A stretch of DNA of 64,000 bases, from positions 32,001-96,000 of the forward strand of contig JBMORA010000009.1 in assembly GCA_049320885.1 (NCBI GenBank), given 5' to 3'. Shown piece by piece: positions 1 through 8,795 of the stretch. The number at the start of each line of letters is the position of its first letter. Position 1 is the stretch's first letter. The notes beneath the pieces were generated by a model that saw nothing but the letters and a program-made list of their open reading frames with translations, was not told the origin of the DNA and ran no database searches. The translations under genes and the position numbers were made by a program. This DNA is from Thermodesulfobacteriota bacterium (GTDB lineage Bacteria; Desulfobacterota; Desulfobacteria; Desulfobacterales; SURF-7).

Positions 1-1127
1 CGTACACGGGGCCGGGCGGCGATCACTACATTTTTGAAGGCTTCGAGGTCACCGGCGGGACATCTCGGGGGATCTATCATCAGGCCAGCGATCTCACCAT
101 CCGGGATGTGGTGGTTCACGACTGTCCGGCCCATGGCCTTTTGGGCGCGGATCAGGGCTCCGGATCCCTGCTGATGGAATATGTGGAAGTCTACAACTGC
201 GGCAGCGGCACCCAGCGGCATCAGATCTATATGGCCACCGACGAAGTCCATTATCCGGGCAGCGTGTTCCGGATGCAGCATTGCTACATTCACGACGGCA
301 GCGGCGGCAACAATGTAAAAACCCGGTCCGAACGCAACGAGATTTACTACAATTGGATCGAGGGCGCTTATTATCACGAACTGGAGATGATTGGACCCGA
401 TGGAGGCGACGGCGGCGATCCCGGGCTGGCCCGGGAGGATTCGGATGTGGTGGGTAACGTGTTCGTCAAGACCCGGGAGTTTGCCGTTATCCGGGCCGGC
501 GGCGACGGCACGGGGGAGACTGGCGGCCGCTACCGCTTTGTGAACAATACGTTCATCTCCGCCGGTCCGGCGGTTTTTCGATTGTTCGACGGTATCGAAA
601 GTATCGAGATGCATAACAACGTGTTTTTCCGCAACAGCGGAGTGGTGGACATCATGCGCACGGTGGATGCGAACTGGACCACCGGCAGCGCCGTGATCGC
701 CGGTAGCAACAACTGGGTGCTCCAGGGCGCCGCCAATGTGCCGGTTCAGTGGCTCTTCACCATCACCGGCGCGGATCCCGGCTGGTTGAATCCGCCGGGC
801 CTTGATGTCCGGACGGCTGCCGGCAGCCCGCTGGTCGACGCCGGGAATCCTGCGCCTTCCGGACCCGCTGGTTATCCCTTCCCGGATCCGTTTTTCCCTC
901 CGGCGATGCACCCGCCGTTGCGGCAATTGGAATCCACCGGCACTGCGCAGACGAGACCGTCGTATGGCGCCATCGACATCGGCGCGTTTGAATTTTTCGA
1001 CGCGGATTTTTCAGCGGATCGGGATGCCGACGGCGATGTGGACGGAAGCGACCTCGCCGTCTATGCCGCGGCAGGTGATTTCAACCAGTTGATTTTGTTC
1101 GCCGCTGCATTTGGTCAGGGCGGATAA
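1..1127 (+). CDS. Extracellular right-handed beta-helix protein (5'-partial) with C-terminal mini-dockerin-like tail
   Basis: Frame is open from position 3 (YTGPGGDHYIFEGFEVTGG...). It has repeated beta-helix-like strands (IYYNWI, VVGNVF, FVNNTF, MHNNVF), an IDIGAFEF motif and the tail DRDADGDVDGSDL...FAAAFGQ. Confidence 0.75.
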   Translation, partial: YTGPGGDHYIFEGFEVTGGTSRGIYHQASDLTIRDVVVHDCPAHGLLGADQGSGSLLMEYVEVYNCGSGTQRHQIYMATDEVHYPGSVFRMQHCYIHDGSGGNNVKTRSERNEIYYNWIEGAYYHELEMIGPDGGDGGDPGLAREDSDVVGNVFVKTREFAVIRAGGDGTGETGGRYRFVNNTFISAGPAVFRLFDGIESIEMHNNVFFRNSGVVDIMRTVDANWTTGSAVIAGSNNWVLQGAANVPVQWLFTITGADPGWLNPPGLDVRTAAGSPLVDAGNPAPSGPAGYPFPDPFFPPAMHPPLRQLESTGTAQTRPSYGAIDIGAFEFFDADFSADRDADGDVDGSDLAVYAAAGDFNQLILFAAAFGQGG

Positions 1128-1216
1128 TGATTTGGCGACGGCGACGTGGATGAACGGTTCCCAGGAAATCGATATCACCGGTGTGGAAAGAAGCACAGAG
1201 CTGGAGATAGGCGGCC

Positions 1217-3583
1217 ATGACAGAACAAAGTAAGTTCCGGAACCGCATGATTTTTTTATACATTCTGATGACGTTTTCCGCTGCCGGCGCCAGAGCCCGG
1301 GCAGCGCCATCCAATGAGGAACTGTATCAAGCATTGCCCGCGCCGGAGGCGGTGTGCGCGGATCATTTCAACGATTTCCTTCACTCCGATTTCGATGATG
1401 ACGCGGATTACCGGGTCCTCGAAGTCGGCGGCCAGCCGTTCACGGAAGCGCTGGAAGTGGCGGTCCACCGGTTGCCCGCATCCGAACAGCGCGTGAATCT
1501 GACACTTGTCTCGCAGGAACCGCTCCAGGACGACGAGATCCTGCTGTTGAGCTTTTATGCCCGCAGGGTGGATGCAGCGAACGGCCAAGCCAGTTTTTTG
1601 CTGCAACACAACGGCGATCCCTGGACGCAGTATGTTTCCTGGCGAGTCGACATCGGCAATGAGTGGCGGCGTTACTATCTGCCTTTTTCCATTCAGGTCT
1701 GGCGAGGGATGGGCGCCGAACGGCCGGTGCCGCCGCCCATGGACGGAGATGCGCACACCTTCGGGCGCGGTGAAGTCCGTTTTCGTCTGTGCCTGGGAAG
1801 CACTGTGCAAACCCTTCAGTTCGCCGATGTCCACCTGGCCAATTATCGTCAGCAGGTATCGGGGACGGAGTTTCCCATTACCCTTGAACCGGGGGCGGGA
1901 ATGATCAGCGTACCGCCGGAAAATGAATTTTCCGCTGGTCCGGCCTGGATTCCCGATATCCTGGGAAGATCCGTTAATGAAGATCCCTATCTGCCGGATT
2001 TCAGCTATGCAGGCTTTGCGTTTGGGGAAATCTGGCCGCCGGTAATCGATCCCGGTGAAACCAGTTTGACGGTCACGGCCTTCGGTGCCGTTCCGGATGA
2101 CGGCCTGGATGATACGATCGCCTTGCAGAACGCCTTGACGGCGGCGCATGGGGTGAGCGGACCGGTTTGCGTGGCGTTTCCTCCGGGAAAGTTTCATATC
2201 CGCGAAATCCTGTTTGTCCGACGCAGCCATATGCGCTTGAAGGGAGCCGGCAGCGGGCCGGAGGGAACCATTCTCGCCGTTACCAGGCCCATGGCGGACA
2301 TGATCCGTCCGCCCATGATACGGGAAATGGAGGAAGCCATCCGGGAAGAGAATCTGACCACCGGATACGGTGAACCGTATTCGCCGTTTTCCTGGACCGG
2401 TGGTGTCATCTGGTTGGGTAGAAACAGCGCCGGACCAGGCGAAGCGGTTTTGACGGAGACACTTGGGACCGGCTTGCGGGGCGCACACGCGGTGGGCGTG
2501 GGAGACGCCTCCCGTTTGACGCCGGGGATGATCGTCGGCTTGCGGTATTATGACGATTCGCCCGGAAATCCCTTGCGCGAGCATGTATTCGGCTGCACCA
2601 GCCTGGATTTGCCCATGGGTTTTGGGGAGGAATTACCGGAGGAGCCGGAAGTGTGGCAGTACCTGACAGTGGACTCGGTTCAAGAACAGGAGGTCAGGTT
2701 CAAGGAGCCCTTGAATCATGACATTCAATCAGGCTGGCGCGGCGAACTCCGCGAATCCCATTTTCTCACTCACCTGGGTGTGGATAGCCTCTGCATCGAA
2801 TTTCCGGAAGCCGTTTATGCCGGTCATCACATCGAAGCGGGCTATAACGCCATATACACCAACGCCGTGGCGCATGCCTGGATTTCCAACGTACGGATCG
2901 TCAACTCCGATTCCGCAATCATCGTGGATTCCTCCAAAAATGTCACTGTTCAGGAAATCGGCATTTCCGGCCGGGATGGCCATTATTCGCTGATGGCCGC
3001 CGATTCGGACCAGATTCTGTTCCGTGATTTCACCATCAGCGCCCGGGCCTGTCATAATCCCAGTTTCAACACCTACAGCCGCACCTGTGTCTACAGCGGT
3101 GGCAACGTGTGCTGGCCCATGCTGGACCAGCATTGCGGGATGAATCACCAGAACCTCATGGAAGATCTGGTTTTGACCGGCCCGGCCCGCCAGCTTTGGA
3201 CCCATGGCGGCAGTGAGTCCCGGCGTCCGGCTCACGGTGCCGGCAATACCTTCTGGAATCTTCGTTTGGAACCGGCGAACAGCCTGCCGGTGGTGGCGCC
3301 GGGAATCGGCGACGGCCCCAATGCGATTTTCGTGGGTTGGCGTACACGGGCGGAGCTTCTGTTTCCGTATGGTCCTTTTGCCCATGCGGAGGGAATGGGC
3401 CGGGCGGATATGGCGGTTCCTTCGTTGCATGATTACCAGCTGTCGGGCCGGCTTGGAGGAAATCATGACTGTTCAGCCGATGGCGACAAAGATGCGGATG
3501 TGGACGGGTTTGACCTGTGGTACTTGATACAAAAGGGTGGGAATCAATGCCTTCCGGATCTCGCGCTGTCATTCGGAAGATGA
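1217..3583 (+). CDS. Secreted pectin-lyase-fold (beta-helix) protein with N-terminal CBM-like domain and C-terminal mini-dockerin-like tail
   Basis: Signal peptide (ILMTFSAAGARA). CBM4-like segment LLQHNGDPWTQY...EWRRY. The segments LPDFSYAGF and VTAFGAVPDDGLDDTIALQNA...FPPGKF are typical of pectate_lyase_3-type N-termini. Tail DGDKDADVDGFDL...LALSFGR. Confidence 0.75.
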   Translation: MTEQSKFRNRMIFLYILMTFSAAGARARAAPSNEELYQALPAPEAVCADHFNDFLHSDFDDDADYRVLEVGGQPFTEALEVAVHRLPASEQRVNLTLVSQEPLQDDEILLLSFYARRVDAANGQASFLLQHNGDPWTQYVSWRVDIGNEWRRYYLPFSIQVWRGMGAERPVPPPMDGDAHTFGRGEVRFRLCLGSTVQTLQFADVHLANYRQQVSGTEFPITLEPGAGMISVPPENEFSAGPAWIPDILGRSVNEDPYLPDFSYAGFAFGEIWPPVIDPGETSLTVTAFGAVPDDGLDDTIALQNALTAAHGVSGPVCVAFPPGKFHIREILFVRRSHMRLKGAGSGPEGTILAVTRPMADMIRPPMIREMEEAIREENLTTGYGEPYSPFSWTGGVIWLGRNSAGPGEAVLTETLGTGLRGAHAVGVGDASRLTPGMIVGLRYYDDSPGNPLREHVFGCTSLDLPMGFGEELPEEPEVWQYLTVDSVQEQEVRFKEPLNHDIQSGWRGELRESHFLTHLGVDSLCIEFPEAVYAGHHIEAGYNAIYTNAVAHAWISNVRIVNSDSAIIVDSSKNVTVQEIGISGRDGHYSLMAADSDQILFRDFTISARACHNPSFNTYSRTCVYSGGNVCWPMLDQHCGMNHQNLMEDLVLTGPARQLWTHGGSESRRPAHGAGNTFWNLRLEPANSLPVVAPGIGDGPNAIFVGWRTRAELLFPYGPFAHAEGMGRADMAVPSLHDYQLSGRLGGNHDCSADGDKDADVDGFDLWYLIQKGGNQCLPDLALSFGR

Positions 3584-3796
3584 AATGGCCATGTCGGATG
3601 AGGGGTTTTTGTTTGGCGCGGGGTTGCCTGTATGCTTTTGGTAACAATTGGGTTCACGGGAGTATCCACTGTTCACTCCATTCCAGTTCGTTTCTGGTGG
3701 GCAAATTTTGTCGGCCAGAGTGAAGAGATAGTAATCGACGGCAGCCGTTGAAGACTGAAGTGCAATAACCGTGTGCCGGATCGGCATGCGGAGCCT

Positions 3797-3812
3797 TGGC
3801 ATGACAATTGCT
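3797..3812 (+). promoter_or_regulatory. Sigma-54 (-24/-12) promoter upstream of the cohesin-dockerin and VPLPA-CTERM genes
   Basis: TGGCATGACAATTGCT matches TGGCAY-N5-TTGCW with exact GG-N10-GC spacing, about 120 bp before the ATG at 3930. Confidence 0.7.
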
Positions 3813-3929
3813 CCATCCTGGTGTTACATCTCGGGAAAGCAGGGAACCTTTTCTGCTTACGAGGAAGATTCAACAACCCAACGGGCATATCCGAAGAAAA
3901 CTCGATCGTTTCCTAAAGAAGGAGGAAAG

Positions 3930-4616
3930 ATGCTGAAAACAACAGTCTGGCTGATTGTTTGCGCATTTTGGCTGTTTGGATCCGGAGATCCGATGGCCGC
4001 GGAAGTAAATGTCGCGGCGGAAGGCGCCTATACGGAAACCGGCTTGGTGGTGGAAGTATACGCAGGAACGGCAACCGCCATTCTCAGCTACGGGATCAAG
4101 CTGACCTATGATGCGGAGCAACTGGAAGTTAGCGGGGCGGAAAAAAACGAAACCGTCTGGTTTATGGGCGACGGAACTCCTTCCGGCAACAGCGCCTACA
4201 TGAATCCCGATACGAGTGTTCCGGGAGAAGTTGTCATTATCGGCGGCAAGCTGGACACGGCGGCTCCAGCGGCAGGTGTCAGCGGGCAGAGGATTTTACT
4301 GGGTAGGGTGTTTTTCAACCGGACGGATTCATCCATGCCGTTTGCGCCGACACTGGCCATTGACCTTGCCAGAACCAGTCCCTATGCCAATTTTGTTTCC
4401 ACGGCCGGCCAAATTCTCGATGGCGACGGAGTGGGTTTTTCCATGAAAGTGGTTGAGCGCGGCGACTGCAATGGCGACGGCTCGATCACGCCGGCGGATA
4501 TCATGGCGGTCAAGAGCCGTATCGGATCGGCCAATGCTCCCTGCTATGTGGATTGCAACAACGACGGTGCGGTTACACCCCAGGACATCAACTGCGTCAA
4601 GCGCAAGATACACTAA
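3930..4616 (+). CDS. Secreted cohesin-like domain + two-repeat (type I-like) dockerin protein
   Basis: GGAGG RBS before ATG 3930 and a signal peptide. Cohesin-like strands ILSYGIKLTYDAEQL and ILLGRVFF. Duplicated Ca-binding dockerin loops GDCNGDGSITPADI and DCNNDGAVTPQDI. Confidence 0.75.
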   Translation: MLKTTVWLIVCAFWLFGSGDPMAAEVNVAAEGAYTETGLVVEVYAGTATAILSYGIKLTYDAEQLEVSGAEKNETVWFMGDGTPSGNSAYMNPDTSVPGEVVIIGGKLDTAAPAAGVSGQRILLGRVFFNRTDSSMPFAPTLAIDLARTSPYANFVSTAGQILDGDGVGFSMKVVERGDCNGDGSITPADIMAVKSRIGSANAPCYVDCNNDGAVTPQDINCVKRKIH

Positions 4617-4680
4617 GGCAAGATATGTCACGCCTGGATGGGTACATGCAACTGGCTTACAAAAAGGAGGTCTGGCAATT

Positions 4681-5202
4681 ATGAAAAGAAATATCTTTTT
4701 TCTGATGGTGCTGTTCATGGTATGGGGAACCGGCGCGGCTCACGCCGCCTATATTTATACGCTGGATGTCACGATTCCCGACCCGTTGGGGATCGCTGAA
4801 AAATCGCAACGAATCGGCATGGTGGACTTTCGGGTCAGCGGCGGTGTTTTGAATACGGATTGGACCTATGAACTCGGAACCGTCGTGCCTGCAAGCGGAA
4901 ACTGGATTTTCGAGGTTTACGGCGGGGGCTGGTCGGCCTTGTATGACAATTATCCCTGGCCCCTCAGTGATGACGCGATCGCCCCGCTCCAGGGCAGCGG
5001 CAGGCTGTTGACCATCAATTCCAGCGTTCCCTTGACGTTCACGGATTTGGGGTTCGGTGATTATTCCGGCAATCCAGTGGAATCCGGCTATTTGACATCC
5101 GGAGGTTTTCAGGACGCCAGCGCGGTGCCGATCCCGGCCCCGATCTTCCTGTTGGGCATGGGATTGATCGGTCTTTGGGGCGCGCGGCGGCAGCAAGCGT
5201 AA
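4681..5202 (+). CDS. VPLPA-CTERM (PEP-CTERM-class) exosortase-sorted surface protein
   Basis: AAGGAGG RBS and signal peptide ending AHA. C-terminus VPIPAPIFLLGMGLIGLWGARR is motif + TM helix + basic residues. Confidence 0.85.
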   Translation: MKRNIFFLMVLFMVWGTGAAHAAYIYTLDVTIPDPLGIAEKSQRIGMVDFRVSGGVLNTDWTYELGTVVPASGNWIFEVYGGGWSALYDNYPWPLSDDAIAPLQGSGRLLTINSSVPLTFTDLGFGDYSGNPVESGYLTSGGFQDASAVPIPAPIFLLGMGLIGLWGARRQQA

Positions 5203-5330
5203 ACAGAAAGGGCGAAAAATCCCTCACCCGGTATGGCGGCGGCGGGGGCGTTCTATCCAGACCCCCCTGCCGATAGCGCCTAGCGATGGCCCATTTCAGG
5301 ATGGGCGCAGTCTAACAAAGGAAGCAGCCC

Positions 5331-7445
5331 ATGTATCCGAGATCCCGAACACAGCGAATTCGAATGCTTACATTTCTGTTGACCATTATCGTATCGTCGC
5401 TGCTCTTTGGATTCCAGCGCAGCGTTCAGGCCGCGGGTCCGATCATTGCCGATCATACCATCACCGACATCAGCGCCGTACCCGCTTCCGCGTTTGAGAA
5501 CGCCAAGGCGCAATTGCATATCGCCTACGGCCATACTTCCCACGGCAGCCAATTGATAACCGGCATGAGCGCCCTGGCGGCGGACGACGGTTTGTTTTCC
5601 TTCAACAACGGCGGCAACGGGGGCGCCCTGGATCTGCATGATGGCGCCTTTTCCGGTGCGTCGGATCTGGGCAACCCCAACCGAACGGCCTGGGAGACCG
5701 CCACGCGCACGTATTTGAACAATCCGGCCAATGCGGACGTGAACGTGGTAATCTGGTCCTGGTGCGGCCAGGTGGATGGGTCGGCGGCGGACATCCAGCA
5801 GTATCTCGATTTGATGAACGGCCTGGAACTGGATTACCCGCATGTTAAATTCGTTTACATGACCGGCCATCTGAACGGCACCGGCGCGACCGGCAATGTG
5901 AACCAGCGCAATGAACAAATCCGGAATTACTGCGTCACCAACAACAAAATCCTGTTCGACTTCGCGGACATTGAAAGTTTCGACCCGGACGGAAGCGTGA
6001 ATTATATGGCGTTGAACGCCAATGACAACTGTGACTACTCCGGCGGCAACTGGGCGAGCCAGTGGCTGGCGGCCAACCCCTCCCATGAGCTGGCGCTGCT
6101 GGCTTCGTCCGGAAACTGCGGCAGCTGCGCCCACAGCCAGCGTTTGAACTGCGTATTGAAAGGCAGGGCGGTCTGGTGGCTGTGGGCCCGGCTGGCCGGT
6201 TATGAATCAAGCGAATGCGCTGCCCAGCCGACGGGGCTGTCGGCGACTTCCGACAGCCCCGGTCAGCTCACCACAATCCAGTTCCAGGACAATTCCGTGA
6301 ATGAGGACAGCTTCGTCCTGCAGCGCCAGGTGGACGGCGGCGTCTGGGAACAGGAATACGCCGTGCTGCCGGCCAATACGACGACGTTTACGGATACGGG
6401 CCTGGGTTCCGGTATGTATTGTTACCGGGTGCTGGCGCATCAGAATGACGACGGCACGGGTCAGCCCTGCAATTCATTGCCGTCCAATTCCGCCTGCGCC
6501 CAAATCACCCTGCCGATGCCGCCTGCTGCGCCGTCCAATTTGAATGCCCAACTGTCCGGCGGCGATGTTCAGCTGAGCTGGCAGGACAACTCCGACAATG
6601 AAATCCGAATGACGGTGGCGCGGAGCATGGATGGACAGGCCTTCGCGGTGCTTGCAACCCTTGGCGTCAATATTACGGCCTATACGGATTCCACTGTTTT
6701 ACCGTTGCACACCTACACGTATCGGGTATCCGCGGGAAACGACTACGGCGATTCCGATTATTCCAACGAGGCCTCCCTGTATGTCCCGGAAGCAACGGTT
6801 GATCCGGTCACCATCCGGCTGACCAGCGCGGCGGAGGTGGACGATGCCTTCCTGCGAGCGGATTATCCGGACACCAACTATGGGTCCACCAATTATCTCG
6901 GCCGGACCGAACCGCCGTTTTCCTTTGCAATCAAATTCCACCTGCCTTCCACGCTGCAGAACCAGAAAATCACCGATGCCCGGGTGGCTTTTTATGGCTG
7001 GAACCAGAGTGCTTTTCCGTCCGGCGAGTATCTCAATCTGTACAACGTGACGACAGCCTGGAACGAAGGCACGGTCACCTGGAATTTCCCCTGGTTGACG
7101 CCGGGGGGGGATTACGACACGACGCACATGCTGGGCCGCACGGAATTTTCCAGCGGAGCGGATCATGCCTATTTTGCGCCCATCGTAATCACTTCCACTG
7201 TTCAACAATGGGTGGACGGGTTGACGCCCAATAACGGCATGATGCTGGTGCACGAAGCAAGCGCCCGAACAGGTCTGAAGGCCAGTGAATACAGCGGCGG
7301 AAAGTCGTACCTCGACATTACCTATATTCCATGTGAGGTGGACCTGGACCATGACGGTGATGTGGACGGGTCGGATCTGGCGGTGAAGGCCCTATCCGGG
7401 GATGTCAGCTGTCTGGATGCCCTGGCGACCCGCTTTGGGCGATAG
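5331..7445 (+). CDS. Secreted multidomain protein: SGNH-like N-terminal domain, 2x fibronectin type III, DNRLRE-like domain, mini-dockerin-like tail
   Basis: Signal peptide ending VQA (true start may be a few codons downstream). AYGHTSHGSQL...AHSQ motifs. FN3 motifs WQDNSDNE and YTYRVSA. DDAFLRADYPDTNYG...WNEGTVTWN...VQQWVDG..NNGMML segment. Tail DLDHDGDVDGSDL...LATRFGR. Confidence 0.75.
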   Translation: MYPRSRTQRIRMLTFLLTIIVSSLLFGFQRSVQAAGPIIADHTITDISAVPASAFENAKAQLHIAYGHTSHGSQLITGMSALAADDGLFSFNNGGNGGALDLHDGAFSGASDLGNPNRTAWETATRTYLNNPANADVNVVIWSWCGQVDGSAADIQQYLDLMNGLELDYPHVKFVYMTGHLNGTGATGNVNQRNEQIRNYCVTNNKILFDFADIESFDPDGSVNYMALNANDNCDYSGGNWASQWLAANPSHELALLASSGNCGSCAHSQRLNCVLKGRAVWWLWARLAGYESSECAAQPTGLSATSDSPGQLTTIQFQDNSVNEDSFVLQRQVDGGVWEQEYAVLPANTTTFTDTGLGSGMYCYRVLAHQNDDGTGQPCNSLPSNSACAQITLPMPPAAPSNLNAQLSGGDVQLSWQDNSDNEIRMTVARSMDGQAFAVLATLGVNITAYTDSTVLPLHTYTYRVSAGNDYGDSDYSNEASLYVPEATVDPVTIRLTSAAEVDDAFLRADYPDTNYGSTNYLGRTEPPFSFAIKFHLPSTLQNQKITDARVAFYGWNQSAFPSGEYLNLYNVTTAWNEGTVTWNFPWLTPGGDYDTTHMLGRTEFSSGADHAYFAPIVITSTVQQWVDGLTPNNGMMLVHEASARTGLKASEYSGGKSYLDITYIPCEVDLDHDGDVDGSDLAVKALSGDVSCLDALATRFGR

Positions 7446-7461
7446 CAAACGACCGGTAGTG

Positions 7462-7501
7462 GAAAAACTCCCGGCCGGGGAACGCCCGGCGGGAGTTTTT
7501 C
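7462..7501. terminator. Rho-independent terminator-like hairpin (A/T tracts on both sides)
   Basis: GAAAAACTCCCGGCCGGG...CCCGGCGGGAGTTTTTC inverted repeat right after the stop at 7445. Confidence 0.7.
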
Positions 7502-7521
7502 GTTGAAAGGAAACGACCCGG

Positions 7522-8778
7522 ATGAAAAACCGATTTGTAATGTCATGTGTCATCTGGCTTTGTCTGTCCCGCGGTATGCTTTGGGCCGCGGATCTTTCGG
7601 TTTCCGATTTCGGCCAGCTGATTTCCGCCCTGGACAGCGCCGCGCCGGGGGATACAATTTTGATGGCGGACGGGGTCTATCAGATATCCGGAACCTGGGC
7701 CGTCGCCGTGACAACGCCGGATATTGTCATCCGCAGCGCTTCCGGAAACCGGGAGAACGTCATCGTCAATGGAATGGGGATGAACGCGGCAGGGCATCAC
7801 GGGTTTTGGGTCAGCGCCCATGATGTTACCATCCGGGATCTCACGGTGCAGAATGTGCGCAACCATTGCATTCAGACCGACATAAATGTGGACAATCTGC
7901 GGATTGTCAATTGTGTGTTGCGGGATGCGGGGGAGCAGATTCTGAAGGTTCCCTTCAGCAGCGGAATCGCTGATCCCGCGGAAAACGGAATCGTCGAAAA
8001 CTGCCTGTTCGAATACAGCGCCGGATTCGGACCGCGATCCTATATAGGTGGAATCGATGTGCATTTTGGAAGGGATTGGATCGTCCGGGACAATACATTC
8101 CGTTTTATTCGAAGCCCCGGGGGATCTCTCGCGGAGCATGCCGTCCATTTCTGGACCAATTCGGAAGGCACGCTGGTGGAGCGCAACAAGATCATCACCT
8201 GCGACCGGGGAATCGGGTTCGGTTTAGGATCGAGCGGTCACACAGGGGGTGTTATCCGGAACAACATGATCTATCACGATGGCAGCCCCGGATTCAACGA
8301 CGTGGGTATCGGTCTGGAAAACGCGAGCGATGTGACGGTATGCAACAACACCATATGCCAACTTTCCTCATACCCGAACGGGATCGAATACCGCTTTCCG
8401 GGAACGACGGCGAGAATCGAGAACAATTTGAGCAATAAAGCCATCGCCGGCCGGGACGGCGGTGCGGCGATTTTTGGCGGCAATCTGACCAACGCCCTGG
8501 AATCCTGGTTTGCGGAGCCGGAAAGCGGTGATCTGCATCTGGCCTTTCGGGTTGAAAGCGTGGTGGATCAGGGGATATTCAGCGAGCATGTCCAGGATGA
8601 CTACGACCGGCAGGTGCGTTCTCCAGGTTCTGCCATGGATATCGGTGCGGATGAATTGTCTTTCTGCCGGCCGGATGGCGATATGGATGCAGACGTTGAC
8701 GGCAGCGACCTGGTTCATTTCCTGGAGAACTATCAGGACGGCTGTCTTGCAGAATTCGCCGTGGCATTCGGTCGCTGA
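7522..8778 (+). CDS. Secreted right-handed beta-helix (polysaccharide lyase/NosD-like fold) protein with mini-dockerin-like tail
   Basis: Signal peptide, AAPGDTILMADGVY, repeated xxRNNxI strands, MDIGADE motif and tail DGDMDADVDGSDL...FAVAFGR. Confidence 0.8.
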   Translation: MKNRFVMSCVIWLCLSRGMLWAADLSVSDFGQLISALDSAAPGDTILMADGVYQISGTWAVAVTTPDIVIRSASGNRENVIVNGMGMNAAGHHGFWVSAHDVTIRDLTVQNVRNHCIQTDINVDNLRIVNCVLRDAGEQILKVPFSSGIADPAENGIVENCLFEYSAGFGPRSYIGGIDVHFGRDWIVRDNTFRFIRSPGGSLAEHAVHFWTNSEGTLVERNKIITCDRGIGFGLGSSGHTGGVIRNNMIYHDGSPGFNDVGIGLENASDVTVCNNTICQLSSYPNGIEYRFPGTTARIENNLSNKAIAGRDGGAAIFGGNLTNALESWFAEPESGDLHLAFRVESVVDQGIFSEHVQDDYDRQVRSPGSAMDIGADELSFCRPDGDMDADVDGSDLVHFLENYQDGCLAEFAVAFGR

Positions 8779-8795
8779 TCCTTCGCGGTCTGGTG

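Noticed and set aside
1256..2584. Long antisense ORF (442 aa), and similar ones such as 9500-10720, 16054-17475, 39219-40838 and 51921-52967
   Set aside because: They lie opposite well-supported genes and have no recognisable motifs. They are typical shadow ORFs of GC-rich coding DNA.
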